Assembly: GCA_964035545.1 (NCBI GenBank)
Contig: OZ037766.1
Span: 11,894,722-11,958,721, forward strand
Source of the DNA: Bugula neritina
Taxonomy: Eukaryota > Animalia > Bryozoa
Reading direction: 5' to 3'
DNA: 64,000 nt
The position numbers were made by a program, and so were the translations under genes. Below, piece by piece: positions 1-13,248 of the stretch; within the stretch, counting starts at the first letter, position 1; each line of letters begins with the position of its first letter. The notes under the pieces were generated by a model. It saw only the letters and a program-made list of their open reading frames with translations. It was not told the origin of the DNA and made no database searches.

Positions 1-204
1 CAGTATAAATTTTTGCAAAATGTTGTTTAGCAACATAAAAATAGTGCCGATGCACAACATACTTTGCATTTGTTTAGTATCTCGTAATCCGACATAAAAA
101 ATCAAAACCAATAATAAGCAACATCTATATAGGATGTATTTGCTTAGCTTTGTAAAATCATTACTCAGTTTTCCCCAATTTCTTTCTCTTTTTCCAATTT
201 CAGT

Positions 205-340
205 GCTACTACGAGTATATAAGTATTACTATATTACTATATAAGTATTACTATATTACTGCACAAGTATTATTATATTACTGCACATATATTACTATCT
301 TGATATATAAATATTACTATGTAACAAGTATTACTATATT
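205..340. repeat. Degenerate 22-bp minisatellite (TATTACTATATTACTATATAAG)
   Basis: Tandem units seen directly; same unit as 7412-7902. Confidence 0.8.
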
Positions 341-718
341 TTTCAATATAAATAATTCATCTTTGAGTTAACTGTGACATGCTCCAGATATTTGGTAACA
401 AATAAGCATGTACCTACTCAAATTGCAACATATAGTATTTCTTTCAATATCATTAATTGTGAAGTTGTCTACACAATATTGAAGTTTTAAAATTATTCAT
501 ATTTTAGTAAATATCCAGGGCTTCATGATACGCGGCTTTATGATATATTGCATTGCAATTATATCATATTAGATATAATAGGACAGTTTACAGTTGTAAT
601 ATACTAACATTGATGCATAAACATGTGTGGACTGTAATTAGGCCACATATTTAGATGTCACTTAATGTTCATAAACTTTGTAATGCACTGCAACTTTTAT
701 CTATCATCCTTTCTCAAG

Positions 719-972
719 TGATGTGTATAAAATGTCTGGTTTGGAGTTGCGACACACTTTGCAGTTCTCATCAGCCAGTGGTTTTCCTCAGTTTACAAAA
801 TTATGTGCCAGCATTTAAAGAATGCATAGACTACATATTCTACGAGACAGAGCATATCTGTGTAGAGTTCGTAGTACCCATGCTGTTTGAAGCTCAATTA
901 GATGGAGGCTTTCCTAATGAAAACTTTCCTTCTGATCATATTCCCCTCATCTGTGACTTCTCTTGGAAATAG
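719..972 (+). pseudogene. PDE12: PDE12-like (2',5'-phosphodiesterase 12, EEP/CCR4 family) terminal exon, copy 1, frameshifted
   Basis: Reads DVYKMSGLELRHTLQFSSASGFPQFT then, after a 1-nt insertion at about 797-800 (tttacaaaattat vs ttcacaaattat in copy 2), NYVPAFKECIDYIFYE...FPSDHIPLICDFSWK*. This matches the PDE12 C-terminus (TNY..F..CLDYIF...PSDHIALVCDLKWK). The upstream exons are missing in this unit. Confidence 0.8.
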
Positions 973-2737
973 TTATGTTTACAATCTCTATGTTTATGTA
1001 ACTTGGAGTATAACTCAAAATTGAACAGCTAATCTCTCTTATGTCAAAATACAATTCCATTTACTTTTTATATACTAAATATGAGGTTGTGTTTTTGTAA
1101 GTGTTCCTTGCCATGTTGTGTTTTAAATAAGCATTAGCGGAATTAGTTATATACATTAGGAAATTATTTAAACATGAGGTTAGATTTACCAATTTTTAAA
1201 ACAATAGGCTTAGGCAATACCAAGTTGAACTATGTAACTTTATTCATATTTTTTTGGTGCTTTTTTAAGCCAGAGTTGTTTAGAGTTGCAGGCTCCTTTA
1301 GCTGACTAAGAGAAGCAATTACAAACTTTTTACATTATTGAAGTTTTGCAACAGTTTGTCATGTAATGATTTATCCCAACAGTCAAGTTGCTTTTTCATG
1401 ATGGACAGAAGTATTTTTCAATATGTTCTACTCGTATTATGAATTTTTACTTCAATGTTTCTTGATTTCCTTCTAACGCATTGTTTTTATAAAAACACAA
1501 AAATCGAATTGAATATAAATTAATTTTTTCTTCTAGATAAAGTTTAAATACTTCAATTTACTGGCTAATAAAAAATGTTTGAAAAATTTTATAATTATGT
1601 TGAGTAAGTACTGGAGTGGGTATAGGGAAAGATGTAATCAGGTTGGTTGGTATTGTAGAATAGTTTATTTTTTATTGAAGTTTAAAATTAATGGGACCCA
1701 CCACTTGTGTTGCAGGCAGTTTTCAATGTAATATTAATAATTCTTGACAATGATAAATTAATAATTGATAATAAATGATATATAATTCTATTGACTATTA
1801 TATTTTAGTGTTCTTTATGTTCTGTTGGGAACATAGAAAGCCTCTATGCTAGTTTAATGATTTCCCCCTCTTTGCTGCTTTTAACCCTTCAAAGGTAAAA
1901 GTTAGCATCGTAATCAAAGTCGTCCAACAAAAGAAACAATTGTTGATTAAATTACCTGGTAAATTAAACATCATAAAATTAAGCTAAAATGTCAATAATC
2001 TTATAACAAAAAAAAGACCCTATTATTCTAATTTAAAATTTATCTAATGCAAATATATCATAGCACTTTATTGATACTGTTGAAGTAATTTAAAAATTGT
2101 TCAACCATTTTTGGGGATTGTATACTACAGTAGCAACTCTTGTAGAACTACATGTATAGATGACTATATTATTATTGTGTAAATAATTTTTGGTAGTATT
2201 AAATGTGCAACGATTTTTCACCAAATAAATAGGTCAACTGTAAGTACAAAGGAAACACATTTACTTATAATGTAATACTTTATCAGTTGTCTTCAAATAA
2301 TGTTTGTAAATGGCTGTAACTGTTTTCTTTTATCAACAATTAAAAGTATTTTAGCTTAACTGTATGTCAAATGTATACCTCAAAATTACAATTGGACATG
2401 TTGCTTAGGCGAATTATATGTAGCCTGTGAAAATAATGTCAAACTAATACTTGAGTTTTAATTTATATAGTGCAGTGCAATTTGCAGCAGCTAAAAATTC
2501 TAACGACAGATTTCTATAAGTTTTGCAACCATTTTATATTTGTATCCACAAATGTTAAATTCAATAGCATGTTTCAGAAAGTGACACAACCTCTTGAATG
2601 TATATAACTGGTATAGGCTTATTAAAAATGCATAGTTTTAAAAATAACAGTACTTTTTATATAGTATAATATACTATTAAAAAAGTCTGTAGCATATGTA
2701 TTTCTTGTACAATTCTTTTCTATTTTAATCTATTCTG

Positions 2738-2870
2738 TTCTGCTCCGCTCTGCTCCGCTCTGCTCCGCTCTGCTCCGCTCTGCTCCGCTCTGCTCCGCTC
2801 TGCTCCGCTCTGCTCCGCTCTGCTCCGCTCTGCTCCGCTCTGCTCCGCTCCGCTCCGCTCTGCTCTGCTC
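2738..2870. repeat. (CTCCGCTCTG)n microsatellite
   Basis: Seen directly; flanked by a ~120-bp direct duplication (2591-2713 and 2868-2990). Confidence 0.95.
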
Positions 2871-3448
2871 TTGAATACATATAACTGGTATAAGCTTGTT
2901 AAAAGTGTATATTTTTAAAAATAAAAATACTTTCTATAGTATAATAATATACTATTAAAAAGTCTGTAGCATATTTATTTCTTGTGTAATATAATTGCTT
3001 TGCTGGTTTTTAATTGGCTAAAATACTATTAAATCAATTTTGAATGAACAAAATATATTGCATTATAGTGTGTAATAATTTTCTAAATTGTGGAAGAAGA
3101 TGGCATCAAAATTTATTAGAAAAAAATCAGAATTTGGTTTGTCAACATCCACTTTTCATAGCAACTGTCACAATCCACTTCCAACTCTTCGTCGCGTGCA
3201 AAAAATTAAAATATGCACTGCATGGCTATATAAATAATTTCAATGAAAGAATTGATAAAGTAATTATAGTATTCTTCTATATCTAGCATCAATTTATTTT
3301 ATGAGCTAAGATTTTAAACACTTGTAGCACTTTTTAACCAATAAAGCAAAATTTTGAGCAAATTTTTGCATCTCTTATTGGTTTTCAATTTTAATTCTAT
3401 ATAATTATCAAAATATATTTTGAGTCTGTTAGTATTGCAAAAACCTAC

Positions 3449-3861
3449 CAAGCCGTGAACATGTTCATTTGAACTATTCAGAAGTATTCTTTGGTGTTTA
3501 GCTTCAGTCGTTTGGTGAAAACATGACTCAGAGTTACAGCACAAAATATTCTCTTCCTCGTAAAAGCATTCTTCATAGTGTCGGTCTGGCAAAAATTTGC
3601 CCATCTTGATATCTCGAAAATGTATTTGTTGACAGTATTCAAACAAATTGTGCATCTGATGAAATGCAATGAGGTTTGTGATTCTCCTGCTGTATTTCTG
3701 GCTTTATATAGCAAATCTGGGCCAACCTCAGCAGTAGTTAAATATATGCAACTTAGTCAACAACCTGTCAATCAAGTACTCTCCCTTGACTGTCCACGCA
3801 CTGTTCTGATGAACATGAAGTTAGGTGGGCAGGTCTACGGATATGGTAATCTGCTGTCATT
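3449..3861 (-). pseudogene. Exon remnant of an unidentified gene, copy 1
   Basis: Bounded by AG and GT on the minus strand. Peptide ...LIAFHQMHNLFEYCQQIHFRDIKMGKFLPDRHYEECFYEEENILCCNSESCFHQT aligns with the copy at 12826-13248; the 5' half has stops and frameshifts. Family not recognised. Confidence 0.45.
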
Positions 3862-6800
3862 CTATTTAAAATAATCTAAAATAAACATCTAATAGTACAT
3901 GGTGTTAGAAGAGCGGAAAAAACAATTTGAAGCATGTGATGTGAAGCTTCATTGCACTTTGGCAATACAAATACACTGGGTTTTGTATTGCACATGCAAT
4001 TAAGCTCAAACTGTTTGGTGCAAAATTAGTTCAGATTTCCCAACAAGTTTATGTAATGTGAAATTGTTACACATGATTATAAAGCAAACAATCGTGATGA
4101 CTTCTGTATCAAAGCTGCAGCAACATTATACTAGCATCAATTATACAAATTATGAAGCAAAATGATCAGTCATTGTGTTAATTATCTTTCACTTTGACAG
4201 AAAAAACATTAGTTAAGCTCTAGCTCCCATATATGTACATACATATGTATTGTGTTCACACAAGTGGGTTAAAAAGCCCCCCTCCCCCCCCCCCCCCCGC
4301 AAAATAAACAGTCAGGTTACCATTTCATATTAACTCGCTAATATTGAATGTTTTATAGCTCTGCTTAGTAGGATATAGCTATAGATTTGAAAACATCACA
4401 GTTGATAAGTTTTCTAATTGTTAAGTACTCATCATTTGTTTATGTATTGCTAAAACCAACATCATTCTTTTTTGTCCAGTTTTATGCTATGTTTTATTAA
4501 AGTTTTTTAAAAAAAGTAAATGAAGTATAGGCAATAATTATGCTCGTAAGCCCAACCCACATGACAACTAACAAGAAGTACATGATGATTGGACCATGTG
4601 TGCAAAAGCATGACGATTGGAACACCATCTGTGTGAGAACTCTGAGTCTGTAGTGGTAAAACATCACGTGGCTGTTAGTTTAGACGCTGCATGTGTCAGT
4701 TGCTACTCTTGCATAATAAATGAGGTGTCAGACAGTTATGACGAATAGTACAAAAATGCAGGAGATGTAATTGTTTGAGAATTGTTGTTGTTTCTGCCTT
4801 CTGGGTTGATAGTTGTTCAATACTCTATTTTTTCACCTTTTTCCGCCGTTTCCCGATCGGGTGGCAGTATACTCGCTACTCTATTGCTTAGAATTAAGGT
4901 TTTGAGTAAGTTATTACTATAATATAATGATATTATAAATGTATATGAGGTGAAAGCAGACCATTTAGGATAATGCAAATTATGAAAATCTAGAAAATTG
5001 ACAAAATTGTAGCTCAACTCAAATTCATACCCAGGTTGTATCCATAATGAAGATGTCATACTCTATACATTGATATCTGATAAACTATTCCGCCAACACC
5101 TTTGTTGAAACAAAAGTTCTTAAATTAACTCAGCTACAATCTAGTGTCATGCCAATAAATAACTGCAGGTGCTATAGCTGGAAAAAAACCAAAAAAGTCG
5201 AAATATTCCTTTTCACAACATTCATTTCAGGCCAATGTAGGTAGCAAATTAACATAATGACATCAACTAGAGGAAAATTTTCATCAACTCTGTAAATATT
5301 TGTAGTTACTTCATGAACAAATATAGGAAATTCCACCCTGTTGTTTCAGCTACACGTGACTGGCCTAAAAGCAGAACACTCATTCCTGTATTATTCACCC
5401 AATTCAAATAAATTTTATATTGTTATGAAAATCTTCAAGCTAGACCAAGTGGTTAGATACAAACAAGTGAATTACATAGACATGATTGCAACGTAGTATA
5501 AATTCTTTTTTGTACATATAGTTTGATGAACAACATTCTACATATCAACTGAATATTTGAAACATATATTATGTTATTCTGGTTATGCATTATGTTATGA
5601 AAAGCACAAACATAAATGCTGTAAAAATAGATAAGAGTAAAATGTTATAAAATGCTTTATGAGCATATAACATCCAGCAGGTGTATTCATTAGCTGTGAA
5701 CCAGTAGGAGTTTGTTGAAGTTAACAGAATCAAAACTTAAATGTTGAGTAGAATTCATTTCACTTGAACAGTATTTTATTTTCTGAGGTCGCAACATCTA
5801 AATAGGACGTATTTGCTTAGCTTTGTAAAATTATTACCCAATTTTTTTCAATTTTTTCTCTCTTTTGATTTCAGTGCAAATTTATAAAAAAAATTGAGAT
5901 AAACAATATTATAATCAAGAAGAAAAATTGAAAATGGTGAGATATAATAAAACAATTTGCTGTTCCTTGTAATTATTGAATGTCTCTAAATAAATCTAAG
6001 TAACAATCAGAATAACACTTCTTTATCTCTGAGAGAACAAGTGGTAATTTCAAAGAAAATTAACGTAATTTTAATTCCAATTTCATTGTAATCAGAACCT
6101 ATCAATATGTACAGATGTATCATAATAATGATGCCGCAGTTGGAATCTATTTTTTCCATGCACCATATAACATCACTTTTCCATCATTTATATATAATTG
6201 TGCTTCACGTGAAAAAAATCTGTCACTGCTGTGTAATATTACAATATCCAACACATTATCCCCACTTTTAGGTTCTATCAATAAATATTAGCTTTTCTCT
6301 TAAATTGTCTTTTTGGAATTTTGCACTTGAGACAACAAGAAATGTATGATCTCACTCAAATTCTATTAAGGCACTATATTGTTACATCAGAACAAGAATA
6401 AAATGAAATATTTCAACATTAATATTACAACATATTTTGTTTTCTTTCTGATTTTTTTCGTTGTAAAATATCCTTGTAACTTTTACACTATTTTCTCACT
6501 TTAATAGATATAAAGTCTGAGTATGGGGTTTAAATTTAAGGCTTAGGGTATATATAGTTTTGCTAACTAGATACAACATTCTGCACCACATCAGAAGTCT
6601 TGAACTTCACTGATGCAATCATTCACTACTTCTGCTAACACTTCTACTCTATTGTATCATGCAGATTGTCCAGAGAACTTAAGGAAACAGAGTCTGCAAA
6701 TTCTGATGAACAGTTTGTCACTGGGAAGAGAGGCCCTGTTATATTCTTCGACAACTGAAAATTCAGGTGTGTTCTTATTTCTGTCAAATAAAAGGCAAAA

Positions 6801-7411
6801 TTTCTGACTTTCAGTTGCTAGTTTTTAGTGAAAAGAAAGGAAAAACAACTTCACTGTTTTTATGTTCATACATAATATTTTCCCCTTAAATAATTAATCA
6901 CTCAATTCTTTTTCAAACTCATTGACATTAGTTGTGCTGCATACTCACCCCTAGTACTAATGGAAGATATCCATGTAGCCATGGTTGTATCGTAAGACCA
7001 TACATGTGTTTTCTGGTTGCAGGTGACGATCTTAGAGTCAGTAGATAACCCGACCCATTGCATTTGTCTGTGTACTATAATTCACCTGTATTTTCATCCA
7101 ATGGCAGAGGCTGTTAGATTGATTCAAACAACAGTGTCTCTGCATTACATTCAGCACATCAAAGGCCTGTACAAGTTTCAAGAGTGTATGAATCTATCAC
7201 CTGGGCACTGAATGTATACACATGTGTTATAAACATTTCCAACAGAAACAACTATAGCCTGATGTGTCATGAATTATTCTGCTGGTTTCAGGATCACAAG
7301 ATATCTACGGTGTTTTGTGGTGACGTTAATTCGTCACCTAAAAGGCAAACAGTGCAGTTTATTCTTAAAAGAATTATTGACCAGTCTGACAAACCTTTTT
7401 CACAGGATTTG

Positions 7412-7902
7412 TATTACTATATTACTATATAAGTATTACTATATTACTAAATAAGTATTATACTATATTACTATATAAGTATTACTATATTACTATATAA
7501 GTATTACTATATTACTATATAAGTATTATACTATATTACTATATAAGTATTACTATATTACTATATAAGTATTACTATATTACTATATAAGTATTACTAT
7601 ATAAGTATATAAGTATTCTACTATATTATTATATAAGTATTACTATATTACTATATAAGTATTACTATATTACTATATAAGTATTATACTATATTAATAC
7701 TATATAAGTATTACTATATTACTATATAAGTATTACTATATAAGTATATAAGTATTCTACTATATTATTATATACAGTAAGTATTACTATATTACTATAC
7801 AAGTATTGCTATATTACTATATTACTATATAAATATTGTTATATTACTATATAAGTATTACTAGATTACTGCACAAGTATTGCTATATAAGTATTACTAT
7901 AT
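7412..7902. repeat. 22-bp minisatellite (TATTACTATATTACTATATAAG)n
   Basis: About 490 bp of tandem units between the two duplicated PDE12 exon pairs. Confidence 0.95.
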
Positions 7903-8265
7903 TTTTCAATAAAGTTCATCTCTGTCTGTGTACTATTCACTTGTACTTTCATCCAATGGCAGAGGCTGTTTGATTGATTTAAATAACTGTTTCTGCATCA
8001 CATTCAGCACATCAAAAGCCTCTACAGGTCTCAGGTGTGTATATGATTCAAACACCTGGGCACTGAATGCACACACATATATTATAAGCATTTCCAACAG
8101 AGACATTCTAGCCTGCTATGTCATGGATTATCAAAAGATGACCATGGTGTGTTGTGGTGACTTTAATTCTTTACCTGATGGGCAAACAGTGCAGTTTATT
8201 TTTAAAAGATTTATTGACCAGTCTGACAAAGTCTTTTCACAGGGTTCGTAATACTGGGTATTACT

Positions 8266-8384
8266 GTATTGTATTGTATTGTATTGTATTGTATTGTATT
8301 GTATTGTATTGTATTGTATTGTATTGTATTGTATTGTATTGTATTGTATTGTATTGTATTGTATTGTATTGTATTGTATTGTAT
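8266..8384. repeat. (TGTAT)n microsatellite
   Basis: Seen directly; source of the spurious YNTIQ/YCIVL ORFs. Confidence 0.95.
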
Positions 8385-10364
8385 ACATGGGTATTATTAT
8401 ACTGCTATATAAGTATTAGTAAGTAACAAATATTACTATATTTTTTCAATAAGATTCACCTTTGAGTTAACTGTGACATGCTCTAGATATTTGGTAACAA
8501 ATAAGCATAGACCTTCTTAAACTGCAGCATAGTATAGTATTTCCTTTTAAATTAATTGATGTGGAGTTGTCTACGCAATATTAAAGTTCTAAAATTGTTC
8601 GTGTTTTAGTAAATATACGCGGCTTTATGATATATTGCATTACAATCATATCATATTATACATGTAATAGGACAGTTTACAGTTGCAATCTACTAATATT
8701 GATACATAAACATGTGTGAACTGCAGTTAGGCCACAATTTTTGATGTTACTCAATGTGCATAAACTTTGTAATGCACAACAACTTTTATCTATCATACTT
8801 TTTCAGACGATGTGTATAAAATGTCTGGTTTGGAGTTGCGACACACTTTGCAGTTCTCATCAGCCAGTGGTTTCCCTCAGTTCACAAATTATGTGCCAGC
8901 ATTTAAGGAATGCATAGACTACATATTCTACGAGACAGAGCATATCTGTGTAGAGTTCGTAGCACCAATGCTGTTTGAAGCTCAATTAGATGGAGGCCTT
9001 TCTATAATGAAAACTTTCCTTCTGACCATATTACCCTCATCTGTGATTTCTCTTGGAAATAGTTATGCTTGTAAACCTAGGCGTTTATGTATCTTGCAGT
9101 ATAACTCAAGGTCAAACAGCTAATCTCTCTTATGTCAAAATACAATTTCATTTGCTTTCTATATACTAAATATGATATTCTGTTTGTAAGTGTTTCTTGC
9201 TATGTTGTTGTGTTTTAAATGACTATTAGGAAAATTAGTTATATACATTATAGAAAATCATCAAAACATGTCGTGACATGATGTTAGATTTACCATCTTT
9301 TAAAATAGTAGAAGAAGGCAATACCAAATTAAACTATGTCACTTTATTCATATGCATTTTGGTGCTTTTTTAAACAAGAGTTGTTTAGAACTGCAGGTTC
9401 ATTCAGCTGACAAAGAGAAGCAATTACAAACTTTCTAAATTATTGAAATAAAATTCAAGTTACTATTTCATGATGTACAGAAACATTTTCCAACATGTTC
9501 TACCTGTATTATGAATTTTTACTTTAATGTTTGTTTTATATTAAATATTATTTTTTATAAAACCACAAATATCAGTTCAAATATAAATAACATTTTTCTT
9601 CTAGATAAAAATTTGAGTACTTCAGTTTACTGGCTAATAAAAATGTTTGAAAAGTTCTATTTGTTGAGTGAGTAATGGAGTGGGTAGGAAAAATATGTAA
9701 CCAGGTTGGTTGGTTGTAGAATGGTTTATTATTTATCAGAGTTTAAAAATAGTGGAACCCACCACTTGTGTTGCAGGCAGTTTTCAATGTTCTAATAATT
9801 TTCAATAACAATAATAAATTAATAGCAATGAATAATAAATTAAGAACAATTAATAATAAATGACATTAAATTCTATTACATTTTCGTGCTCTTTATGTTT
9901 TGTTGTGAATCCGGGAAGCCACTATGCTGGTTTAATGATGTTCTCCTCTGTGTCTTTCAACCCTTTAAAGGTAAAAGTTAGCATTGTCATCAAAATCTTA
10001 ACCAACAAAGGAAACAATTGTTGATTAAATGATCTGGTAAATTAAATATAATAATGTAGTTGCATAAGAGTTAGACTAAAATATCAGCATTTTTAGAGCA
10101 AAAACAGGTCATATTATTCTACTGTTATATTTATCTAATGCAAATATATCATATCATTTTATTGATCTTGTTAGATTAATTTAGAAAATATTTAGCAATT
10201 CTTTTGGATTGTATAATACAGTTAAAAAGATTGTAGACCTGTGTGTATAGATGAGCTATATTAATATTGTGTTTAAATAATTTTTGCTAGTATTAAAAGT
10301 GAGACAATTTTATCACCACATAAATAGGCCAGCTTAAAGTACCAAGGAAAACACATTTACTTAT

Positions 10365-12090
10365 CTTACAACACTGACATACCGGAACTGGATAAGAAAT
10401 TTTATTTTATCTATTTCTTTTATGGTAATTACTGAGGGCCACAGTGTCTTGATACTAACATAATTGTTCATCTCTGTTTCACCAATTTGTTTAGTTGAAA
10501 ATAACCAATCTACATGCATAAACTAGCCTATATGGTCCATTCAATATTTGATACTAAAAAATATAGACAGAATGAAAATACCAGTTGTTAAATAAAGTTT
10601 AGCTGCATTAAGAAGAAGTAATTTTAAAAGTTCCATCATAGTTAGCGTAGGGCCACATGACGAGTGAGAAAACTCGTTTAGCCCAAAAATGGGACGTGGT
10701 GTGTGAACTTTCATTTGGATAACAAGCTGAGCGACAAGTGCAGAAAGCTTGTGCGGGTTATATTTAATTGGCTGATTATCATTTAGCAAGCACACTTTTT
10801 TATTTTGAGTTCCCCTTCCCCCCCCCCCCCATTTAGACCTGCACTGGGAATCCCGAGTCGTGTGGTCCTATGCTAACTGGAAGATGAGCTAGCTATGTCT
10901 ATTCTGTTTGCTTAAGTGACTCTGTTTTCTGTAATATTGAGCAACTAGACCAAAAATTTTACCTATACATATTTGAACTATTAAATTGTGGCTAAATATT
11001 TATTTTCCTAGATAGAACTTAATTTTGACCTACTTTAAGAAGAACTATTAGCCAGCAATCTGGCATACTGTCTATTCTTGAAAACATAATTCTTTATAGT
11101 AACCGCTTATAGTAACCACACTCTAGCTTCTATTTGTGCATATATCAAAGTATAATGCTGAAGTCATCATAAATACATGTTATAAAATAAAATCTTACGA
11201 TTGCTAAATAGCATTGCATAATTTGTAGGCTATAGCATTACCAGTAAGCTATATTTTCAGCCTAGGTATTAGGTAATAATAATATTACCATTACCATCAC
11301 CATCACCATATTACCAATTATTGCATTATAATAACCTGCCTAACATATTAATGTAATGAAATATACTTTATAGGAAAGCAATAGATTTATTTTAGTTATC
11401 CCCCCTAACCATTCTTAGCTAATGTCATAGTCCAGTTACTTTAAATTAAGCCTATAATTTTATATTTTATAATAATAGACTTTGCTTATTGCTTTTAAAC
11501 TAAAATTAAATGCATCAGAACATAATTGAATCAATTAACATACAAGGGGCCCAAAATACAAGTATGGTGTTTTATACTCACATGCAGTCTATGATCAAAG
11601 ATTTTGCTTTATATATATATTTTAATCTTATAACTAAATGAAATGTTATAATAAAAATGTTTATAAAAAGTGTTTATTTTGTAGAGAAATGCCTACTGCA
11701 TGAGTCTTCAGTCTTGCTGAATAAAAACTTGATGATGCGATTTTGTGTACGATAAAGTATGCTCTTACTATTTCTATTATATTGTTGAATATAATAGAAA
11801 TTACTATTTACTTTGCTACATTATCCTAAAAAATTGACTTGAGTGTTGAATATGTTAAAGTTAATTCATGTACTAAAAGCACCACGAAAATGTCAATAAA
11901 TTGAAATATAAAATAAGACTAAAACAACAGCTTGCAAGTTTATTAAACACTCCAACTCTATCAAAACTTAAACAAAAGTTTGTTAAATTTAGAAAATAAA
12001 TACAATGTTAACCAATTGTTTTTTTATATAAAACCTGAGAAATGTCTGAGAATTGGTTTAAGATCCAGTACTTTATCAAACGTTGTTCTA
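10365..12090. mobile_element. 1.7-kb insertion relative to unit 1, probable non-autonomous DNA transposon
   Basis: Empty site in unit 1 at about 2265-2280 (catttacttat...tttatcag). The ends are weakly inverted (acaac...actggat vs atccagt...gttgt). GC-richer segment at 10640-10880. No transposase seen. Confidence 0.45.
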
Positions 12091-12825
12091 TTTTATCAGC
12101 TGCCCTCAGATGATGCTTGTGGAAGACAGTAACTGTTTTATTTTAGCAACAAAAGGATAAACTAATGCATGCTTCAAAACCTTAAGACATGTTGCTTTGG
12201 AGAATTACCTAATATCGTAGGTAATACATAACTTTTGCTTTATACTGTATAGCAGCTGTAAATTTTTGACAATAGGATTTTGCATGTTTTGCAACTAATT
12301 TATATTTGTATCCATAAATGTTTAAATAAATATTATGCATCAGAAAATGACACAACTGCTTGTATATATAACCGGTATATAAGCTTAAAAATTTTATAGG
12401 TCTAAAAATAAAAATTATTTTTATGGCATAATATATTATTAAAAAGTCTAAAGCATATCTGTTACATAGATAATACAATCAATTTGTTAACTGTTGACTG
12501 CCTAAAAAAACTACTAAAGCAATTTTGAATCAACAAAACAATATAATGCAATAAATGATATTGCATTGATCTAACATTTTATGTGTAATATTTTTCTAAA
12601 TTGTTGAGGCGAATGAGATTGAACTTTTACAGCAAAAATAAGTTCTGGCTTATCAACATCAGGCTTTCCTCGCAACTTCTATAATCTACTTTCAAACCTA
12701 AGTCCCCAGTCTACAAAAATAGAAATGTGCACTAGGTTATATAAGTAGTTATCAATTTCAACTTTTTTCAACTTCATATAATTACTAAAAATATTTGAAT
12801 TCTGTTACTATATTGCAATAACTTA

Positions 12826-13248
12826 CCAAGTCATAGGCATTTTCATTTGAACTGATCAAAGGTATTTCATGATGTTTAGCAGAAATTGAGGTAGCAGTGG
12901 TTGTCTGGTAAAGACATGACTCAGAGTTACAGCACAAAACATTCTCTTCCCCGTCAAAACATTCTTCATAGTGTCGGTCTGCACCAATCTTGCCCATCTT
13001 GATATCGAGAAAATGTATTTGTTGATAGTATGTAAACAACTTGTGCATCTGATGAAATGCAATGAGTTTGTGATTCTCCTGCTGTACTTCTGGCTTTATA
13101 TAGCAAATCTGTGCCAACTTCCACAAAGTTTGAATATATAGCTTATTCAATAACCTGTCAAGCAATTGCTCCGCCTTGACTGCCCACGCAACGCTCTGGT
13201 GATCGTGAAAGCTGGCTAGGCCTACCGGTATGGTAATCTGTCGTCATT
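12826..13248 (-). pseudogene. Exon remnant of an unidentified gene, copy 2
   Basis: Acceptor aaatag|aatgac and donor gacttg|gtaagt. Long open stretch FHDHQSVAWAVKAEQLLDRLL...LIAFHQMHKLFTYYQQIHFLDIKMG...CCNSESCLYQ; stops near the 5' end. Confidence 0.45.

Larger units (their letters stand above)
345..6280. repeat. Segmental duplication unit 1
   Basis: Colinear similarity by eye: 345-2270 to 8445-10360; 2277-5570 to 12090-14970; 5590-5705 to 16885-16995; 6020-6270 to 17165-17440. Also 119-207 matches 5790-5878, which implies a further unit extending left of the window. Confidence 0.85.
6571..9062 (+). pseudogene. PDE12: PDE12-like 3' exons, copy 2 (disrupted, with an internally duplicated exon pair)
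   Basis: Exon remnants: 6571-6766 (frameshifted); 7023-~7180 (VTILESVDNPTHCICLCTIIHLYFHPMAEAVRLIQ); 7292-~7405 (VFCGDVNSSP); duplicate pair ~7923-8035 and ~8126-8243 (VCCGDFNSLP); terminal exon 8807-9062 with a 2-nt insertion near 9004. Several splice sites are lost. The motifs HLY.HP..RLIQ, GDFN, DYIF and SDH are PDE12/EEP hallmarks. Confidence 0.8.

Noticed and set aside
3578-3874. Plus-strand 98-aa ORF as a gene
   Set aside because: The frame is not preserved in the paralogous copy near 13.0 kb, and splice signals favour the minus strand.
5340-5364. Conserved in-frame TGA (PVTCS*NNRVEF) in both units as selenocysteine
   Set aside because: The surrounding gene has many other stops and frameshifts, no SECIS was recognised and no selenoprotein family matches.
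8131-8426. ORFs with YNTIQ/YCIVL repeats (likewise the CV, IY and STYPPIHL repeat ORFs at 55563-55884, 23730-24116, 49536-49885, 59168-59449)
   Set aside because: Translations of microsatellites, not proteins.
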